A stretch of DNA of 5,747 bases, from positions 1 through 5,747 of IMG/VR virus record IMGVR_UViG_3300045988_000087; one strand, 5' to 3'. The notes below the pieces were generated by a model. It was not told the DNA's origin and did not search any database. It saw only the letters and a list, made by a program, of their open reading frames with translations. Source of the stretch: a virus. Each line of letters opens with the position of its first letter. Within the stretch, counting starts at the first letter, position 1. Of the stretch, positions 5,205 to 5,747 are shown piece after piece. The position numbers were made by a program, and so were the translations under genes.

Positions 5205-5594
5205 TTATACCCCCTTTCTGTATTTTTGGGTGCGTGTGTCGATGTGTACCCATGTGTTATATACGATTATGCCGCATTCATACGGAATTATTTTATTCAG
5301 TTTGTCGGCAATTTCTTTTGCGGTCATGCCATTGATCCGTATGTCTGCCGCCATTCCTCGCATGTGGTATGAGTATTTAGCACCGCCCACTTCTTTATTC
5401 CTTGTCGGTGTCCGGTATCCACTGTTGATGATTACAGGCTTTCCGACCTGGTTTCTGAGGATGTCTAGGATTGACACTAAGTAACTGTCTATAAAAACCA
5501 CCTGTGACCCATCTTTGCAAGCAAATTCTTTTACTTTGAAGTGTTGCCCTACTTTTTCGTTTGCGTCTGTGTCCATGATATAGCTTTTTATCAT
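5205..5594 (-). CDS. Zinc D,D- or L,D-peptidase of the M15 family (Peptidase_M15_3-like peptidoglycan hydrolase); putative endolysin
   Basis: 129 aa from MIKSYIMDTD. It carries the signature FKVKEFACKDG...INSGYRTPTRNKEVGGAKYSYHMRGMAADI...WVHIDTR, giving the H-x6-D and C-terminal H-x-D zinc ligands of M15A/VanY-type peptidases. I chose the start at 5594 because GAGGGGG lies 4 nt upstream and a consensus promoter lies about 25-55 nt upstream. The upstream open frame runs through that promoter. Confidence 0.85.
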   Translation of the reverse strand: MIKSYIMDTDANEKVGQHFKVKEFACKDGSQVVFIDSYLVSILDILRNQVGKPVIINSGYRTPTRNKEVGGAKYSYHMRGMAADIRINGMTAKEIADKLNKIIPYECGIIVYNTWVHIDTRTQKYRKGV

Positions 5595-5619
5595 CTTGCC
5601 CCCTCGCTTTCTATTGTCG

Positions 5620-5648
5620 ATTGTACCATATATTTTACCGCATGTCAA
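5620..5648 (-). promoter_or_regulatory. Near-consensus sigma70/SigA-type promoter with extended -10
   Basis: In the minus sense: TTGACA (5648..5643), a 17-nt spacer TGCGGTAAAATATATGG, then TACAAT (5625..5620). The spacer ends in TGG, giving a TGn extended -10. The promoter lies just upstream of the first gene's Shine-Dalgarno site. Confidence 0.7.
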
Positions 5649-5650
5649 CT

Positions 5651-5747
5651 GTTTTTTTGGTTTGAATGGCGCTTTAGCGCCTTGCCGTGTGGAGCGCAAG
5701 CGGAACTCGGCTAATCCATTCATTGTAAGCGCTGTGCGCGTTTTCAA
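5651..5747. repeat. Terminal direct repeat, right copy
   Basis: Identical to 1..97. Confidence 0.97.

Larger units (their letters stand above)
1..5650 (-). other. Complete circular Microviridae (Gokushovirinae-like) genome unit, 5650 nt. Coding sense is the minus strand of this window.
   Basis: The exact 97-nt terminal direct repeat implies circularity. VP1, VP2, VP3, VP4 and VP5-like genes are all present on one strand. Circular gene order VP4-(VP5)-VP3-VP1-VP2 and a size of 4.5-6.5 kb are typical of the family. Confidence 0.9.

Noticed and set aside
423-5484. All other plus-strand track ORFs: 423..617, 1552..1743, 1658..1840, 2048..2341, 2515..2721, 3220..3420, 4248..4571, 4364..4780, 4618..4887, 4988..5335, 5160..5372 and 5197..5484
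   Set aside because: Each is antisense to a well-supported minus-strand gene. Their products are Cys/Phe/Leu-rich, as expected from antisense translation. They lack Shine-Dalgarno sites, and known Microviridae transcribe only one strand.
5595-5747. N-terminal extension of the peptidase ORF. The track start is at the window edge with TTG read as M. In the circular genome the frame stays open back to an ATG at 152..154.
   Set aside because: The extension would be translated through the consensus promoter, the terminal junction and three tandem repeats, giving LKVLKVLK. It has no Shine-Dalgarno site, whereas the ATG at 5594 has GAGGGGG 4 nt upstream. The M15 domain is complete without it.
1-5747. 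phiX174-type lysis gene E, external scaffold D, spike G, tRNA genes, an integrase or attachment site
   Set aside because: I found no ORF with the hydrophobic N-terminal helix plus Pro of an E-like protein among ORFs of 60 aa or more, and no D or G homologues, which fits a gokushovirus-like rather than bullavirus-like genome. No cloverleaf-capable tRNA-like segment or recombinase gene was seen. Small embedded out-of-frame ORFs were not scanned exhaustively.

Overview
The window is one complete circular ssDNA phage genome of the family Microviridae, with Gokushovirinae-like gene content and order. It has been linearised with an exact 97-nt terminal duplication (1..97 = 5651..5747), so the unit length is 5650 nt. 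All supportable genes are on the minus strand and look like a single transcription unit. A near-consensus promoter (TTGACA-17 nt-TACAAT with TGn, 5620..5648) is followed in order by: an M15-family zinc peptidoglycan peptidase, two orphan small ORFs (40 aa and 74 aa), a 40-aa highly basic J/ORF8-like DNA-binding protein ending in RGGIRL, a VP5-like protein, the VP3 scaffold, the VP1 major capsid protein, an intrinsic attenuator hairpin, the VP2 pilot protein, the VP4 rolling-circle Rep, and a 12-bp hairpin. Three of these genes are below the ORF-track length cut-off and were found by hand. Four track ORFs appear to carry spurious N-terminal extensions, and I re-set their starts using Shine-Dalgarno sites and gene junctions. 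The features most worth a second look are: (a) a cell-wall hydrolase with no holin or transmembrane partner as the first gene of a microvirus; and (b) a long non-coding region of about 542 nt, roughly 10% of the genome. That region holds eight same-orientation TTTCAACA iteron-like repeats, a 43-nt almost pure alternating purine/pyrimidine GC hairpin, and a 10-nt repeat (TACTTGATAG) containing the phiX174 nick-site core ACTTGATA, one copy of which sits in a hairpin loop. It also holds twin CGCTTTAGCG mini-hairpins flanking the repeat array. All functional assignments rest on motif recognition by eye; no database search was run.
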